In this document: piece after piece, positions 63,005-64,000 of the stretch
Position numbering within the stretch: the first letter of the stretch is position 1
Layout: each line of letters begins with the position of its first letter
Assembly: GCA_951406725.2 (NCBI GenBank)
Contig: OX597831.1
Span: 68,634,001 to 68,698,000, forward strand
DNA: 64,000 nucleotides
Reading direction: 5' to 3'
DNA from: Octopus vulgaris
Taxonomy: Eukaryota
Notes under the pieces: generated by a model
Databases searched by the model: none
Seen by the model: only the letters and a program-made list of their open reading frames with translations
What the model was told of the DNA's origin: nothing
Program-made: the position numbers and the translations under genes

Positions 63005-64000
63005 CCCCTTCCTCAGTGACTTTTTTTGGAGAAAGTGTTTCATTTTCAGACAAATGTTTTTATTGCCTTTTTTTATAGTATTTTTAATGCTGTTTATGGA
63101 AATAACTTCTGTTTTTATCCATTTCCTATATTTTACTTGAAATTTTATTTTGAAGATACAATTTTCAGCAAAAATGAGATAACTCGTCTTCCCATATTTT
63201 TTAATATTTCTTTTATTTATTGCTTTTTTTCCCCCAACTTTATCATCAAAAGTAAAGGAGAATGACACATTTATTTTATTCTTTTTTTAGCATGTCTTCT
63301 CAAAAATCTTTATATGTATTTTTTTTTCTTCAATTTTCATAACAAAAAGTAAATGTAAATAAAATACTGTATTTATTTTATTTTTTATTTTACTTCATCT
63401 TCCCACACATATTATTTTCTCTGGCATTTTATGAATGAATATTTGTAATGGTATTTTTCGAAGCATGATACTACACATATATCATGACTCCTTCCTGATT
63501 GGTTTCCGTCTATGGCCACTTTTCAGACAACATACAGCACATTTTCTTCTTGAATTTGTCTTCTTTTGTGTTGTTTGAATTTCCTCTGGAAAATGTCCTG
63601 GTGTAAAATGCAAACATCTTGGTGAAGTCAAAGGTCTACCTACTACTTAAGTAGACTGTAAATCTGCTCCATATTTTGCGATGGTATCTCGTATTATCTG
63701 CATACAAAATATCAGGTGTATGAAGGCTTTTTTTTTCTGCCTCAGTGACTGCTACATTGTACAATAAGTAAGAATTCTATATCACAAGGTCGATCAAATG
63801 GAAGAAGACTTTCTTGTAATATTTCTTACCAAATTTTCTTGTGATGGGATAATCTACTAGTTGTCGGTTCACCTTGTCATCTCCACCCATTGTAAAATTG
63901 TAACCATATACCACTGTTGGTTTCTTCATAGGCTATTGTCTTGTGTCAAAATCCTTCATAGTGGGGTTTCAAAGCATTCCAACGTCCTTCTTGTCTTTCC
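63005..64000 (-). mobile_element. piggyBac transposon 3' part with a decayed transposase (PGBD4-like)
   Basis: KKPTVVYGYNFTMGGDDKVNRQLVDYPITRKFGKKYYKKVFFHLIDL; Cys-rich tail HFPEEI...RRKCAVC; TTAA|CCCC terminus at 63001-63008; runs off the window. Confidence 0.88.

Overview
AT-rich, repeat-dense eukaryotic DNA with no recognisable host protein-coding gene. The SINE families and dense TA/TATG/ATT microsatellites resemble an octopus/coleoid cephalopod genome; this is inference from repeat content, not a database result. Most ORF-track entries are microsatellite or SINE read-throughs. Supported content: (1) a young, 5'-truncated CR1-group LINE with an uninterrupted ~780-codon RT ORF and a TSD (3.2-5.6 kb); (2) a 1.5-kb fold-back Penelope-like (PLE) insertion carrying two oppositely oriented type I hammerhead ribozymes, plus a PLE RT remnant and several more hammerhead-like motifs; (3) many RTE fragments, including one with a twin-priming-like 5' inversion and one ending in three C2H2 fingers; (4) two solo LTRs with TSDs; (5) decayed hAT, mariner, maT, piggyBac, Helitron and Hero-like remnants and several MITE/fold-back elements, including a composite two-MITE insertion; (6) three tRNA-derived SINE families, one as a multimer inside a single TSD; (7) one candidate 48-nt micro-exon. 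Boundaries of decayed elements are approximate and family names come from recognising motifs by eye.
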